A DNA stretch of 62,454 nt, counting the filler, from Chiloscyllium plagiosum (lineage: Eukaryota): the NCBI RefSeq assembly GCF_004010195.1. It is 3 parts of one record of this genome, joined end to end, with 100 filler letters (N's around TTAATTAATTAA, not from the genome) between each part and the next. Parts side by side here need not be neighbours in the genome. Positions count along the whole stretch, not along the records: positions 44,785 to 62,454 come from NC_057710.1; 2 more parts are not named here. One strand, 5' to 3'. The translations under genes were made by a program, and so were the position numbers. The notes below the pieces were generated by a model that had not been told where the DNA came from, made no database searches, and was given only the letters and a program-made list of their open reading frames with translations. Below, in pieces: positions 60,750 through 62,454 of the stretch (position 1 is the stretch's first letter; each line of letters begins with the position of its first letter).

Positions 60750-62454
60750 TAATCCAAGATGGAGGACGGGTAAAATTTCTGGCTGTAACAGCTGTTCCTT
60801 TACTTGAGGTATTTTAGATGCTGGAGGTGATTTCCTCGAATTCCAGGAGCAGCAATTACTGTTTTATATGCTGTTGCATTGTTTTGGAACTTTGGAAACA
60901 AAAGTCAAAACAACAGCAGTTTTAAAAGGGAGAAGAACAGACAAAGGAAGCACATGGTGAGGACAGTGTAGGAGAGAGAGCGAGAGACAGACAGACAGAC
61001 AGAGAGCGCCTGCACAGTTACTGCCTTTGCTGTTTTTGAATTCATGTGTCGCTGGACATTGGAGTGCACCTGGGAAAATTAACAAACAGTGAATTTCACA
61101 ACTAATCTTGGAGGAACCGGTTTGGGCGAAGTTCACAGCACAGAATCAGATAAGTTATTTGTTGTTTTAAGTATGTCCAAGAGAAAGGCTGTATTAGTAA
61201 GTACAGTGGGGTCTTTCTTGATTATGTGTTTTTGGAGATAAGTCTCTTGATTAAATTTAAAATATAAGCCATAGCTATTAATTTAACCTAGTGCAGTGTA
61301 TTGTAGAGGAATAAGACGGTGTTATTTTCAGGGTCTGTAGATTGTGAAGGAGCAAAAATGGCCTAATAAGTGAGATGTACTTCTTGTCAGATGTGGGAGT
61401 TTAAAGAGAGTTTAAGGGTTACTGCGGTTTATATCTGCCATAAATGCTGTTGGATGCGAACCTTATCAGATCGAGTGGATCGGTTGCAGATACAGATAGA
61501 AGTGAAGAGGAATTTGCAATAGCAACAGTATGTGATGGATGGCAGTTATAGGAAGGAGGGAAAGTCTCAGAGGGAAAGTCACATAGATGGGTTAACTCCA
61601 GGAAGGGTAAGAGAGGTAGGTACCTAGGGCAGAAGTCTTTTGTGGATATACCCATTTCAAACAGGTATGCTGTTTTGGAAAATGTAGGGGGTGATGGATT
61701 CTCAGGGGAACGTAGCATGAACAGCCAAGTTTCTGGTATTGAGACTGGCTCTATTGCAACAAGGGATACGTCGGCTTCCAAAAAATCAACTGTGTTAGGG
61801 GATTCTGTAACAGGTATGCTGTTTTGGAAAATGTAGGGGGTGATGGATTCTCAGGGGAACGTAGCATGAACAGCCAAGTTTCTGGTATTGAGACTGGCTC
61901 TATTGCAACGAGGGATACGTCGGCTTCCAAAAGATCAACTGTGTTAGGGGATTCTGTAGTCTGAGGTACAGACAGATGTTTCTGTGGCCAGAATAGGAAA
62001 AGCAGAATGGTGTGTTGTTTCCCTGGTGCCAGGATCAAGGATGTCTCAGAGAGGGTGCAGAATATTCTCACGGGGGAGAGGGACCAGCAGGAGGTCATTG
62101 TCCACATTGGAACCAACGATATAGGAAGGGAAAAGGTTGAGATTCTGAAGAGACATTACAGAGAGTTACGCAGAAATTTAAAAAGGAGGTCCTCAAGGGT
62201 AGTAATATATGGATTACTCTTAGTGCTACGAACTAGTGAGGGCAGGAATAGGAGAATAGAGCAGATGAATGCATGGCTGAGGAGCTGGTGTATGGGAGAA
62301 GGATTCACATTTTTGGATCATTGGAATCTCTTTTGGGGTAGAAGTGATCTGTACAAGAAGGACGGATTGCACCTAAATTGGAAGGGGACTAATATACTGG
62401 CAGGGAAATTTGCTAGAACTGCTGGGGAGGATTTAAACTAGTAAGGTGGGGGGG
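60750..62454 (+). mobile_element. CR1 5' UTR and ORF1 (inactivated), running off the window end
   Basis: Paralog of 15928-17460; ATG at 61358 followed by premature stops; esterase ORF 62007-62441. Confidence 0.93.

Overview
Repeat-dominated vertebrate genomic DNA, almost certainly from a cartilaginous fish (shark). This is inferred from HE1-type V-SINEs, Deu-domain SINEs, CR1 LINEs with an esterase ORF1 and Neptune-type Penelope-like elements (PLEs). I can support no intact host gene, RNA gene or CRISPR array; nearly every ORF in the track is decayed CR1, L2 or PLE sequence or its antisense. The window is not one contiguous locus: two identical 100-nt artificial linkers (N44-TTAATTAATTAA-N44) split it into three segments. 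The most interesting biology is a set of short PLE-derived insertions. Several are fold-back (inverted-arm) elements with 9-17 bp target-site duplications (TSDs), and they carry minimal type-I hammerhead ribozyme (HHR) cores (CUGANGA-stem II-GAAA-palindrome-UH) from at least three or four sequence families. Also notable: a compact promoter/hairpin/splice-site module (44375-44684), solo LTRs (one with a TAR-like hairpin), a ~227-bp inverted duplication, and a few isolated exon candidates. Boundaries of old repeats are approximate (tens of bp).
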